Origin: Octopus sinensis
Taxonomy: Eukaryota
Direction: 5' to 3'
Length of the DNA: 64,000 bases
Assembly (NCBI RefSeq): GCF_006345805.1
Contig: NC_043002.1
Span: 64,356,001-64,420,000 of the forward strand
Below the pieces are notes generated by a model that saw only the letters and a program-made list of their open reading frames with translations, ran no database searches and was not told the DNA's origin. The first letter of the stretch is position 1. The number at the start of each line of letters is the position of its first letter. Below are positions 40,846 through 54,830 of this stretch, piece after piece. The translations under genes were made by a program, and so were the position numbers.

Positions 40846-41475
40846 GGGCTGTTCTGTATTGTTTGTTAATAGAGAAGTTGTGTTCGACCAGAGAGAATCG
40901 TAGCATCATAATTTTTTCTTTTTCCACGTGCGTTTGTGTTATTGCAATAAAAAGTGTTTGTATATTTCCTGTAAGGTAATATTGTGGAGGTTGAAGTTGA
41001 CTTTTCTAGAGATGTTTGTATGTCCAGTTAGAAGAACAGGTGTGTTTTTACAATAAAAAAGTATATGTTTACATTTATATTTGAATATTCAGGGAGGAAG
41101 CAAAGAAAAGCCAGATTTTCATAGAAAGTTTTAGGGTTTTGTAAGTCCACAAAAACAAAAAAAGAAAAGCGTGATGTTTTTAGAGAGAAGAAAAAAAAAG
41201 GATGTTTACAGAGGCAATTGTGGGTATCAAAGTTTTTAAAGCTGGTCGAATGTATGATTGAAAACTGTAGATATGTAAATTTGTAAATTTTCTTAACTTA
41301 TTTTGAAGGGCTGTTCTGTATTATTTGTGAATAGAGAAGCTGTGTTCGACCAGAGAGAATCTTAGCATCATTATTTTTTCCATGTGCGTTTGTGTTATTG
41401 CAATAAAAAGTGTTTGTATATTTCGTGCTTATTTTGAAGGGCTATTCTATATTATTTGTGAATAGAGAAGCTGTG

Positions 41476-41477
<2 letters not shown>
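40846..41477. repeat. Three direct copies (two ~125 bp, one ~40 bp) of an aagggctgttctgtatt...gtatatttc unit
   Basis: Copies start at ~40846, ~41307 and ~41437. Confidence 0.85.
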
Positions 41478-41556
<79 letters not shown>

Positions 41557-41575
41557 ATCATTATTATTATTATTA

Positions 41576-41624
<49 letters not shown>

Positions 41625-41713
41625 CATTTTTATTATTATTATTATTATTATTACTATTATTATTATTATCATCATTATCATCATCATCATCATCATCATC
41701 ATCATCGTCATCA

Positions 41714-41762
<49 letters not shown>

Positions 41763-41779
41763 CATTATTAATATTAATA
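41477..41779. repeat. ~300-bp (ATT)n/(ATC)n array
   Basis: Direct reading. Confidence 0.95.
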
Positions 41780-43216
41780 TTCTTCATTGCCTTTGCACAG
41801 CTTCAGGAGTTTTCCAGCGGTTCCGAGAAGTTCTGTTTCCTGCCACTGCTCCACCCTTATTGCAGCTCCTATTTGTTCCATGTACTTCTCAAGATTTTTA
41901 CTCACTGTTGCCGGTGCTCCAAGAATTATCGGTACTGCCATCGTTTTCAGTGACCACAACTGCTTAACTTCCCAAGCGAACTTGTTCTATCTATCGAAAT
42001 TCTTTCTTCTTTATCGCATACCTTGTTGACAGCTGGGCATGCTATATCTCACATCTAGCATCCTTTGCTTTCTTTCTCGGTTAACACTATGTCTGGCTTC
42101 CCATTCTCTAACTCAGTGTCGCACTGAATCATAAAATGCCATTAGATCTTTGCCTTATCATTTCCGATGATTCCTTCGGGTTTATTCGTACCACATGTTT
42201 GCTCTGTCAAGTCTATACTTGTTGCAAAATGTCCAATGGCCAATATTTGCTATATTGTCATGATGTCTCTTATATTCTTTCTGGCCTATCGGCGTATATA
42301 GACAGGTTATATGCCTTACGGTCGTTTCACCCTTTTGTCCTCAAATTCTGCATTTATCACTCTCTGATGTGTTGTCTATATTTGATGTAATGGGTATTTA
42401 ATGGTTGCTCTTGGGGTACACAGATTAGAGCCTTCGTTTTCCGGTTTTAAATCCCTTTTAGTCATTCATAGTCATTTTTTCTCTGTCTGACTTATCCTCG
42501 GTGTCATGTGACATTTCCCAGGCATTCTTTTCTTTATCCACCTATTTTCAGTTTCATTCATTCTCAAGTGCTTGTACAGTGCTTTATCATTGCAATTTTC
42601 CATCCTACACACCGCTGACCTTCTTACTTCCAATAATAGTGGTTCTGTAGCATTTTTACATACCATGCTATGTTGATTTCGTTTGCTCTAATATTGTGTT
42701 CGCATCCACTCAGTCCATTCCTCATATTTTTGTTGGTAGATACACTCTGTCTGTGTCACGTGTTGGGTGGAGTGACCCATATCCAGTCAGCGACTTCTTT
42801 GTCTTTCTGTCTGAGCTGTTTAGTTCGTTTACTGTCCATGCGATTACCCTTGCTCCATATATAAAGATTAAAATGGCCTAGGTTTTGATACCTTGATCTT
42901 ATGCCGTCTATATTATTTCGACTTAATGATCAGTCTTAATCTGCGCAAATAAACCACTTAAAATATTTCTATCATTTTTTCTCCATCAATTTACCTATTT
43001 CACATAACCCCAATTTATCTATTTCCCATACTCATAGCCCGTTTCTTGTGTTTGCTTTGTAGCCTCCTCCGATGGTAGCGCTAGCCCGTTCACACATTTC
43101 AATTTACCTCTCTTGAAGACTAACACACTGCAATTTTTCTGTCCCAACTCCATTCTGATATCAACACTGATAGCATTCACCGTATCAACGAGGAGATTTA
43201 CTTGGGATTCATCTTT
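41780..43216 (-). mobile_element. R4/Dong copy 8 (RT C-terminal half to RLE; divergent subfamily; no visible 3' UTR)
   Basis: VNLLVDTVNAISVDIRMELG, KRGKLKCVNGLALP..GYEY, RRLRLIIKSK, DTDRVYLP, GKPDIVL..DIACP, MWSLKTMAVPIILGA. (ATT)n on both sides. Confidence 0.85.
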
Positions 43217-43217
43217 A

Positions 43218-43275
<58 letters not shown>

Positions 43276-43283
43276 CATCATTA

Positions 43284-43341
<58 letters not shown>

Positions 43342-43402
43342 GTTGTTGTTGTTGTTGTTATTCTATTATTATTATTGTTATTTTTATTTTTATTATTACT
43401 AG
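43217..43402. repeat. (ATT)n/(GTT)n array, right boundary of the cluster
   Basis: Direct reading. Confidence 0.95.
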
Positions 43403-44619
43403 TTAATAAATCGTATGGTGTATGCTGAGTAATTTGTAGATAAATCACGTTCAGTTTCATAGTTTTTTGTTGGGAGTTTCATTAATGAGAGGGGCGTAAA
43501 TGTGGATCATATTAGAATTTTTATGGATCACTACAACGGTTTCGACCCATCTTACATGGATCCTGCGCAAAGAAAATTCTGACATCCGGTTTAGCTGAAT
43601 CACACTGTCTAGATGTGTCTCTTCAAGTGATTTCAATAGGTATCTCATTATACTAAACGCCGTTTTGCAAGATTTCTTTTCACTCTACGTATATAGAAAT
43701 TGCAAATTTAGTCATACAGCTTCATTCTAATAGAAAATCCATAACAATTATCAGATATAAAAAGACAGTTAAAAAAGCAGATGTAACATACGGACACACA
43801 GACAAGCACACATACACGCGTGGTTTTGAACACATGCGCTCGCGTACAGAATTAGAGTAGATATTAACAAAGTCAGTACCTATTTTCAGCTAATGATATA
43901 ACTCCGGTTGGTGAGGAGTCAAAGTTTATGTTGCGCGGTTCATCAGGTCTGGTTGGTATACTTATAGCGGTTTTACACATTGTAAATGCATAAATTTTTG
44001 TAAGTCTAATGAGACAATCGACAAGCTGTAGAAAGCATCAATGTCAGGGTTATGATCAACAGTGTAGAAAGGTGTGGGGTTTTGCTTTTCTATCTGACGT
44101 TGAAGGATATTTCCCGAGAGGCGAAAGTTCATATTTTTCTCACTCTACGAATTATACGGTCACCAAGGGATATTCCTTAGCCACTGTATTTGTTCATACA
44201 GAGACACACACATATCCATACACACAGATACACACACTGACTCACTCACACAGATATGTGTTTGTGCATGTAAGCATGTAATATACTTTTTCCTAAAATT
44301 AAAGCTGCTACAAAGAGACTGTTAAAAATACAATCAAAAAGCTAAGGCTGGCGACCGATAAACAGTAAAAATTTAACAAGTATTACACAAACAATACTTC
44401 TCAATGGACTGTAAAACTCGTAGCCATATAATTGCTAATAATCCGTTATTGATTTAGGATACCTAAACCCTTACTAGACGGGACGATATCAAATTCATAT
44501 TGGTGACTTCTGGATAGGCATACGGGGTGATTGCTCACCTGTATTTCCATCTATCGATCTCAATCCTCCAGTTGAAATTGGGGGATTTGCACTGAATATA
44601 GCATACACACATGCATACA

Positions 44620-44647
44620 TATATATACATATATATATATATATATA

Positions 44648-44697
<50 letters not shown>

Positions 44698-44717
44698 CAT
44701 ACATATATAATAAGTAT

Positions 44718-44764
<47 letters not shown>

Positions 44765-44802
44765 TATATATATGTATATATATATATATGTATATATATA
44801 TG

Positions 44803-44836
<34 letters not shown>

Positions 44837-44921
44837 ATATATATATATGGATATGTATGTATACATCCGCGCATATATATGTAGATTTATAGGGGTGTGT
44901 GTATATATGCATGAATGTATA

Positions 44922-44972
<51 letters not shown>

Positions 44973-45010
44973 ATATATATCTGTATATGTATATATATAT
45001 ATACATATAC
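44620..45010. repeat. Long compound (TA)n microsatellite
   Basis: Direct reading. Confidence 0.9.
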
Positions 45011-45980
45011 ATATACTGATCCCTAAGGAGAGAAAGACAGCCAGATAGATTGATAGATATCTGTGTGTATGTCAGTACGTGTGTATATGCATTTATATAC
45101 TAACTCACAGATGTAGATTGTTAACCACAAAGCCATGCGTATGCGCATGAATATATATCATAAAACATAGCTGTGCACCAAAGATTAGATAGTGAGATAT
45201 TCACCGACATTTTGTTTCATTAAAGCAACCCCGATGATAACCTCAAAATTTGAGAAGTTAAATTTTGTTAATTAATTTAAAATCTAATCAATAGCTATCC
45301 GAGGCTGGATAAGCTTTCTGTATATTTCTGTATTATTGATTTACCATTTTTAATTTATTTTACTTTATATTTAATTTTGCCTTTATTGATTTTTTTATTC
45401 TCACTTCTTAATTAATTTTGTTTGTTCCGTTTTTGTTTATTTCCCTTGTTTTAATATTTGTATAGTTGTATTTTATTTTCTTTGGCTGATATTCTTAATT
45501 CTTTTTTTTTTATATAAATTTAATTAATTAATGCATTTATTTGTTTGTGTAAAACATCATTTTATGATCATTTCCTTTTGTCTATTCGTTCAATTATTTC
45601 TTCCGTGGTCGGTTTTCTATTGCTTTCTTTAATTTTACTCTTTATATCTGGCCTTCTTTCTTTTTGATTGTTTTTAAGCCTATTTGTTTACTCGAGATTA
45701 ATATTTGTTAAAACGAATTTCTACTAGTACTGCGAAAAACTACTTCAGCTACTGCTGCTTCTCCTCCCCTCCTACTACTACCACTATTATTACTGCTATT
45801 ACAACTACAAATACTACTTCTAGTACTGCTGCTGGTACTACTGTTGCTACTACTACTACAACTACTACTACTACTACTAAAAATAATATAATAATAATAA
45901 TAATAATAACAGTGCTGCTAGTACTATTACTATTACTGCTGCTGTTAATATTGTTACAACAGATACTACTACTACTACTA

Positions 45981-46027
<47 letters not shown>

Positions 46028-46289
46028 GTAGTAGTAGTAGTAGTAGTTTAGTTAACTGTTATAACGATAATGATGATAATATTAAACATTTCTTTATTGG
46101 CTACAAGGCTTCTACTGCAAAAGGCAAAACATCTCATTGGAAATACTTGCAAATGCACATATGTACATGCATACACACGCGCACATACGTGTACACTTTC
46201 ACATACACACACGTACAAACATGCTCACTCACACAATACAAACTCGCACGCACATGCACACGTACACACACACATATATATATATATAT

Positions 46290-46329
<40 letters not shown>

Positions 46330-46653
46330 TGTGTGTGTGTGTGTGGTGTGTGTGTGTGTGTGTTTGTTTACTGAGCCTGTTGATTACCTTCTGCAGTTGT
46401 AGCAAAGAACATGAGAAAATATGTTATAGTTTGATGTGAGTTAATTTGATGAACAAGCATATTTATTTTTCAATACTTAAGTCATCTTTTCAATGACGTA
46501 AGACAAATTATATGACGGAAATTGGTACTGCCACCTACTGTTGCTTTCGGGGTAAGAAGAGGAGAGAGAGAGTCTACTGAGAAGGAGAAGAGAGAGTAAC
46601 GATGCCACTTCACGGGAGAAGTGTGCTTCAAGGTTTTAAAAGTTTCTCTAGGA

Positions 46654-46701
<48 letters not shown>

Positions 46702-46705
<4 letters not shown>

Positions 46706-47254
46706 TGAGAACGCATTTACAATGCAAACACAGATGGTCTTCTATGCCACTGACTATACAATTGCTCCTCAGATAATGACACCGATGTAGAATATTGGCG
46801 AAGTGATTTTAACTTTCTCAATGTTAACGACGAATGAGAGAAAATACGAGCGACAATCAGAAACGTTTCCTCACTTATCTGACACTACTATCGACTAGAC
46901 CGGACATGAGCTAGCGGCAACATATTTATTCTATGAACTTTTGGTGGTAGAGAGATGACTGCAAGCGAGTTGAAGAGGAAAGATAAAGCAATGAGACAAG
47001 CTGAAACGGAAAACGAAGGTGGCGTCACTTTTACTCTTTTACTCTTTTACTTGTTTCAGTCATTTGACACTGGCCATGCTGTCGCACCGCCTTTAGTCCA
47101 GCAAATGGACCCCAAGACTTATTCTTTGTAAGCCTAGTACTTATACTGTCGGTTTCTTTCGCCAAACCGCTAAGTTGCGGGGACGTAAACACACCAGCAT
47201 CAGTTGTCAAGCGATGTTGGGGAGACAAACACAGACACACAAACATATACACAC

Positions 47255-47316
<62 letters not shown>

Positions 47317-48114
47317 CGACGGGCTTCTTTCAGTTTTCGTCTACCAAATCCATTCACAAGGCTTTGGTCGGCCAGAGGCTATGGTAGAAGGCACTTGCTC
47401 AAGATGTCACGCAGTGGGACTGAACCCGGAACCATGTGGTTCGTAAGTAAGTCACTTACCCCACAGCCACTCGTAAGCCTATGAATAGATATACAACCCC
47501 AATGGAGTAACTGATAACTTTTGGGTTAGATTAAGTTAGAATTACATCGGTAGAAAAGTTGGCAAGTACGAGCTTACTGATTGAATAGGAAATCGATGAT
47601 AAATCATATAAAAAATGAAGTAGTACTGTATATATAAATATCAGCCAGTCTCCATTAACACTATAATGTGTTAGAGATCATGAAATATCCTCAAGTATAA
47701 GCGACAGACTCGTTAGGGGAAGAATTAAACCATTTGACATTTTACAAATATTCAGCATTCTCAAATATGTTATTTGATTTGAGCACCATCTACTATTACG
47801 TATACATACACCACGCGTGCACAAACACGCACACGCACAAATATATCTCTATATATACAAATGTATATCTGTGTGTATGCGTGTGTGTGTATGTGTGTGT
47901 TTGAGCGTCTGCGCGAGCGCGTGTTTTTGTACAGACAATTGTGAACATAAGTACAAAACAAGGCGGAAAATATGGTGCTTGAATACCAAAAGTAGCGGTA
48001 TATACCTTTTATTACACACACACACACACATACGCGCGCACACATACATATATTATATACATACATACATATATATATATATATATTATATATATATATA
48101 TACGTGTGTGTGTA

Positions 48115-48163
<49 letters not shown>

Positions 48164-48965
48164 ACACACATATATATGTGTGTGTGTGTATAATCATTCA
48201 TCTATTTTTCCCACCTTCTTTTGCACATATGTGTCCACTTGTGTACACGCACACACACATACACTTATAAATATAGGGATATATTTATGTGTGTGTGTGT
48301 GTGTTTGTGCACGCCTGGTGTATGTATATGTAATACTAGATGGTGCTCAAATGTAATACCAATGTAAGATGTCAAATAATTTAACTCTTCCCCTAGCGAG
48401 TTAGTCGCTGATACTTGAAGATATTTCCTGATTTCTAACACATTATAGTGTTAATGCAGGCTGGCTGATACTCATATATACAGTACTACTTCATTTTTAT
48501 TGGATTTACCATCGATTTCATATTCAATCAGCACACACGTACTTGCCTACTTCTCTACCGATGTAATTCTAACTTAATCTAAACCAAAAATTCTCAGTTA
48601 CTCCATTTTTAAGTTGTATATCTATTCAAAGGTGACGCCAGCTTCGTTTTCTGTTTCAGCTTGTCTCATTGCTTTATTTTTCCTTTTCTACTCGCTTGCA
48701 GTCATCTCTCTACATCCACAAGTTCATAGAATAAATATGTTGCTGCTCGCTTATGTCAGGTCTTGTGGATAGCAGTGTCCGATAATTGAAGAAACGTTTC
48801 AGATTGTGGCTCATATTTTCTCTCATTTGTCGTTAAAACAGAGAAAGTTAAAATCACTTCTTTGTCAATGTTCTACCCCGTGTCTGGCGTCATTTTCTGA
48901 GGAACAATTGTATAGTCAGTGACATAGGAGACCATTTTTGCTTGCATTGTGACTGCGCTCTCAAT
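46702..48965. repeat. Long inverted repeat (fold-back)
   Basis: 46702-47028 plus 47481-~47975 is the reverse complement of ~48200-48965. The spacer is mostly microsatellite. Confidence 0.88.
47029..47480 (-). mobile_element. tRNA-derived SINE (family C) with internal (TA)/(TG) microsatellite
   Basis: Head gagtggctgtggggtaag...gggttcagtcccactgcg and tail (gagtaaaa)n. A sister copy lies at 58555-58965. Confidence 0.88.
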
Positions 48966-49154
48966 ACTAAAATTACAGCAGTTTGTGCCACATCATTTGA
49001 ATTCTTCTGTGGCGATGATTTCTTTCTTGCATTGTTTCCAGAACGTACAAACAAAACACAACCTCAGCTTCTTTTTAGTAATTCTGCCTGAAAGAAATGA
49101 TAAAATAGCTATTGCATGTTAGAAACTTTCAGCGAAATATGTTGACTACATGAG

Positions 49155-49310
49155 CAGGTAAAACTGGTGCTAAACTGGTACGTAGTTTAATGATCTCGAA
49201 AGAATGAAGGACAAAGTTGGCCTCAGCGGAATTCATTCAAAACAGAAGGACGAACGAAATGCCTCAATGCATTTTGTCCAGAATGATAACCATTCTGCCA
49301 GCAATACGCC
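49155..49310 (-). mobile_element. Degenerate family B SINE
   Basis: actggtac...gaaagaatgaaggacaaagttggcctcagcggaatt...attctgccagc aligns with the 60137-60722 head unit. Confidence 0.6.
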
Positions 49311-50846
49311 TTAAAGCTTTAGAGGATTACTATAACAATAACAGCACAAACAATGGTTTCTTACCTTGGCACACAAGTAACCAGCAATTTCTATAGGAGT
49401 GAGATCAGTTGATATTATTGATTCCAGGACCAAGTAAGAATTTTATTTTCTCGACTCGGAAAGCCCCGGCGATATTTGAACACAGAACGGAAAGAGACGG
49501 GAGTACAACCGTACCGATTTGTTTCTAGATACGGAATGTTTAAAAAAGCAGCTTTGTGTTTGGCAATAACATTAAAAGAAATTTATCCGAATATATACAC
49601 GAAATGCATTAGCAAGTTATCAAAGTCTTTACATTTTCCAGTGCAATGGCATTTTATCATTTTCTAATTAATATTTAGAAGCCGTGAAACAGGAATAAGA
49701 TTCATGTCAACATGTAACAAGAGAAGCAAGAAATTGTGATGAGATTTGGATTAAGCATTTGTAGTTTTATTGCATACGTGCAATTCTTGGATTGAAAGGA
49801 ATCATGTGCCGCAGAAAATGTGATAAAATATTGCACAGAAGCTTATTCAAGATATTGCTGATATGTGTGGGTATATGTATGTGCTTATGTATGTGTGTAT
49901 GCTGCTTACGTATGCGTTTTGACGTGTAATATAAGCAGATTGGTGGATATCCTTGCACATGTGCATGGGTATATGTGACATTGTGATGTGTCATATAATA
50001 TATCTTATTTCTATATTTCAGAGCCTAAACAGCGTAAATATACATGTACACAAATATATATATGCATAAATATGGCTGTATGTATGAAAGTATATATATA
50101 TATTTCTAAGTATCAGATTATTGTAAAGTTTACGTTCACAATGATATATAGACTCACTCGCATTTTCATACAGACTCACACTCAAACACACACACCGACG
50201 CACACGCACACGTACATATACAGACGCCCACAGACAGTCTCACTCATATATATAGTGGTGAGGGTGTTGGACTTGTGACCGCGTTATCGTGGTTCCGAAG
50301 GCTAGAGCAGCTGAACGTTGTGTGCATAAGCAAAACCGCATCACTTTACGGTGCTGCAGAGTTCAGTCATCAATAAATGGATAACTCTGCGACAGACCTG
50401 GTGTTCCGTTCTCAGGGGGATGTAGCTTTGCTCCCTCTTGCCAGCGTGTTAGGGTTATTTGAAAATTAAATATTTGGGAAAGCACCGCTAACATTTTCGG
50501 ATCATGTCATTAGAGCGTCGCAGGAAAAAATCTCAAAACGGACTCTCCAAGTCATGCCAACCGGCTGGAAGCTTAGGGGTAGATCAATAACTATAGCCAC
50601 ACTTAGTCATGTTTGGGAATCCAGCTGGAAAACTTAAGGCTGGTTCCTACTGAAAGGACACTGTAAATTAAGTGCCTCATGACTCTACCCAGGCGAACAG
50701 CCCAAGAATGCCGGGTTGATTCGGTCAGTTTGGTAGACCATTGCAATCAACTCACTTCCCATTACTTATAAGACATGCAAGTAACATTGCTTAATATTGT
50801 AATATTAATAATATAGTAATATTAAAATTATTGTAATATTAATAAC

Positions 50847-50921
50847 ATTGAAACACTGCCTAATATTCTAATATTAATAATATTGAAACACTGCCTAATA
50901 TTCTAATATTAATAATATTGA
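50847..50921. repeat. 35-bp AT-rich minisatellite (2 exact copies plus degenerate flanks)
   Basis: attgaaacactgcctaatattctaatattaataat x2. Confidence 0.8.
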
Positions 50922-51343
50922 AATATTACTCAATATATTAAAGCATCCATCTTCATAAATATTCATTTAAGCTCGTCAAGAAATGTTACACCTTATTATA
51001 TCATATTTACTACGTAGTGTTTTATTCAGTCAATGTTGTTACCTTATTCAATCAAACAAGATACCTCACATTTCTTTTTTTTCCTCTTCTCTTAAAATTG
51101 CTCTGCATATTGAAAAATATCTAATTTATTTCAATATTTAATCCATTTAAAATTACATATAAAATTCTAAAAACAGTTGTTACCGAAAAGTCTAACAACT
51201 CTCCCCCAGAAAACAAAACATAATTTGACAACTTAATGAATATATGTCATATATACACATACATATATACAAATATAAACATTTGCATATACATGTACCT
51301 ACATATATATATATATATATACAGACATATATATATGTATGTA

Positions 51344-51423
<80 letters not shown>

Positions 51424-52233
51424 CACATTAGAAGCTAAATTAATAAATCCATATAACTCTAGCCGTTTGCTATCGTGAATAACACTTAATTGCTCTCGAT
51501 AAATCTTCGATAACAATGGCCTAAGGATGATTTTATGTATATGATAATTATTGCAATTCTCTAAACTATTATATCACGTATAAATGAATAGTGGAGAATC
51601 ATTTCACAAGCGATAGAGACTCATCAAATGAAAGAAAACGCTAAACCCACCCTGTATTCTTAAACATTACTACACGATAAATAAAAATTTATCTTTTTTC
51701 ATAACCGAATATTTATTTAATATTCCAAATATAATAATTTGTAATGATTCTGTATCTAAAGGTAATATTCTACAAATACTTTAACGGTGTATATAGTAGT
51801 ATACGTAAGCACACTTCATTTTCATTCCGAGTTATTATATTGTGTTTTGAAATTATGTAACATGTTGAATCTTTATTATATGAGATATTTTGAAATGTAT
51901 TCATCATCTCAAATCTTTTCTCGAAAATCTTACCGCCTATTGTTATATTCTTGCCTGTTCTTCAAACGTAACCTCTCTGTACACCATTAGCATACATTAA
52001 TATGATTATATTAGAAAGTATCTCGTAGTTCGATATATATATATATATATATCCGAGTGACGGCGTGTGGCATAGCATTTAGGTATTCAGCTCACGATCG
52101 TGATGTCATGAGTTCGATAACATAAGTACCAGCTAAGCACTAGGGTCGATGCAATCGATTTATCACTTCCCACGACATTGCTGGCCCCATGACAAAATTT
52201 GGAACTAATAGATATATAATTATATAACAATTT

Positions 52234-52271
<38 letters not shown>

Positions 52272-53863
52272 ACAAACTGTTACTCAGAGCTTCACATTCC
52301 CGTTCGTCAGAAGTTTTGGTTTAGATTCTAAACGAAACTCTATATTAGTGTGTGTGTGTGTGTGTGTTTGCGTGTGTGTGTATGTGTGTGTGTGTGTATG
52401 CGTGCGTGCGCGTGTGTTATACACCTGTGAAGGTGGTGAACTAGCAGAGTCGTTAGCTTGCTGGAGAAAATACTTAGTGGCATTTCAACTGTCTTCAAGT
52501 TCTTAATTCAAATTATACAGCAAGTGGCCACCTAAGCCATTCATACTTCCAGAAACGAGAAAATAACCACCAGTTAAGTACTGGAGTCGTCTTTAATCGA
52601 ATTCTCTTGTAAACTGAAACTGCTGACGCTTTCCCAGGATTGGAAACCAATTTGTGTGTGTTTTCGCGCGCGCATATGTGTGTCAGTAACTTATTTAGCA
52701 TAGCTCAGCGTGAACTAAACGAACTGAATTAAATTGCAAACTGTTACAAAGCATTTTTCTAGTGAGATTAATTATACATAATCATAAGTACATTTGTATG
52801 TATTAATTAAGTACAACAATGCAAATAAATTTTACTTTATGCCTTCGCATTTGGGGGGAAATATATGCCGTGAGCGTCTTCAGATAAGCTACAAGAATGG
52901 TTCAGAGATCATCAGAGAAGACATGGGTATAGAAAATTTGCTTTTATATCAGTTGCTACTTTACAAGATACCTAACATACTATACGATGTTTCAGAAGGT
53001 TGCTTTAACTAAACAATAAATATCAATATAAATTTATGCGAAAAACAGTGTGAATCAGATACGTTAAATTAAGTATAAATACACGAGAAAGCTTTTACTG
53101 TGAAATTAAATATATATAATTGTAATTACCATTATATACATTAATTATGCATTAGAATGTAAATATATTCCAAATATATTCTTGAATTCGTGAAAGAAAT
53201 GATGGAGCCTCCAAATAGATGCTGCTTTATGCATAAACATTATACTGTTTAATAAATAAATAACCGTCTAAAGAACAGAACGATGACAAACCATATAGTT
53301 ATATAGAAGCAAATTGCTTATGCTAACGTTTCGTACGTTTAGAGCTAATCGGTTAAATCAATTACCTATGGCTATGTTGTCAATATTTCTCTCTTCAAGA
53401 CACCAATTGATGCTCTACCTCTAATGGTTATCAAATTAAGTTTGGCAAATCTTTTTTTTTTCCACAGGGAAAAAAGACATTTATTTACATTCATCCCACT
53501 ATTATGATACCTGTTGCATGTTTTCTTTTGTAGATGATACTATATTGAAGTAAAATCGTTGCTTAATGAATAATATCTAAATAATTATAACCCATATAAA
53601 TGTTGGTGGTTGGTTGTTGGTTGGTTGGTTTCTGCAGTCATGATGGGGATATCAGCCAACGTGTGGGAATGGTGCAGCAGGAAAAAGAGATAGGCGAGAG
53701 AGTTAACAAAGGAGAGGGATGATCGGTGCACGAGCAGGTGAATGAAGGCTACTTACTCACGGAGAGTATAAGAACATCATAGAGACAACGGAGGAGTGGA
53801 CGAAGTATATATCGATATATATATCTACACAAACACACACACACACACAACACACACACACAT

Positions 53864-53927
<64 letters not shown>

Positions 53928-53928
53928 A

Positions 53929-54215
53929 TAGACGAGGAGGGAACGGACGGTGGCGTGGAGACGGCGGCATGAAGGCGGCGGCTTTGGCGGTCGTCTCTGG
54001 TTGCATCGCTGCAGAAGCCGAAGACATACACCCGCCGGCTTGTACCCCTTAATGTAGTCTGGACCCCCTTGGGTTGCGACGGTGACTTAGAAGCGTGACG
54101 GTTCCGCGTGGTCCGGCCCGTACGTAGACGAGGAGGGAAGGAACGGCGGCGTGAAGGCGGCGGCCACAAGGGAGTTGCGTCGAGCTTTGGCGGTCGTCTC
54201 CGGCTGCATTGCGTT
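53929..54215. repeat. GC-rich island with two ~85-bp imperfect direct repeats
   Basis: tagacgaggagggaa...ggcggc(a/g)tgaaggcggcgg...ctttggcggtcgtctc at 53929 and 54125. Confidence 0.8.
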
Positions 54216-54339
54216 GTCCTAAGTTCTTCTAAACGTATCTCTTTTGCTTCTTGTATGCTATTTTCTATAAGTAGGAGAGAGTAATTTTGCTTTAGCAGAA
54301 ATCCTGGGAATTTTATACGTCGTATGCTCCCTGTATTTA

Positions 54340-54715
54340 GATCATCTACTATAGTACAAATTTTCCTTCTTGCCTGCTGGGTGACATTATTTGAAATTTA
54401 TGTACTTGTGTGTATCTGTGCTTTTGTAATAAATATTAGTTGTGATTGTGGTGTTCTTTTTAATCACCATTATGTCAAGACATGGTAATTGTGTGTTGCT
54501 CATTTTTCTTGTGCATTTGAGACTAGGATGTAGATTGTTGAGGAGGGGGATGAATTCATACAGATTGTCCTGGGATTTGATCCAAATTAGAAAACAATCA
54601 TCGAGGTACTTTTTCCATGTGTCCTTTATATGTCTTCTAAAAGTCATGTCGTAGTTCTCTTCTATTTATAGGTTTTGTTCGAAGTATCCCCATACTGAGT
54701 TTGCGAAAACTGGAG

Positions 54716-54717
<2 letters not shown>
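54340..54717 (-). pseudogene. Penelope-like element reverse transcriptase fragment
   Basis: APVFANSVWGYFE...WKKYLDDCFLIW...LNNLHPSLKCT...LPCLDIMV...IYYKSTDTHKYINF matches the PLE RT pattern (ANLFMG / RYIDD / LN..HP.IKFT / LPFLD / YYK.T). Confidence 0.85.
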
Positions 54718-54749
<32 letters not shown>

Positions 54750-54830
54750 TGCCCAGCATGGCCGCGGCCTTCGGGCTAAAATATTTTAAAGGATTTTAAG
54801 GATTTATATATATATATATATCGCCAAGCT

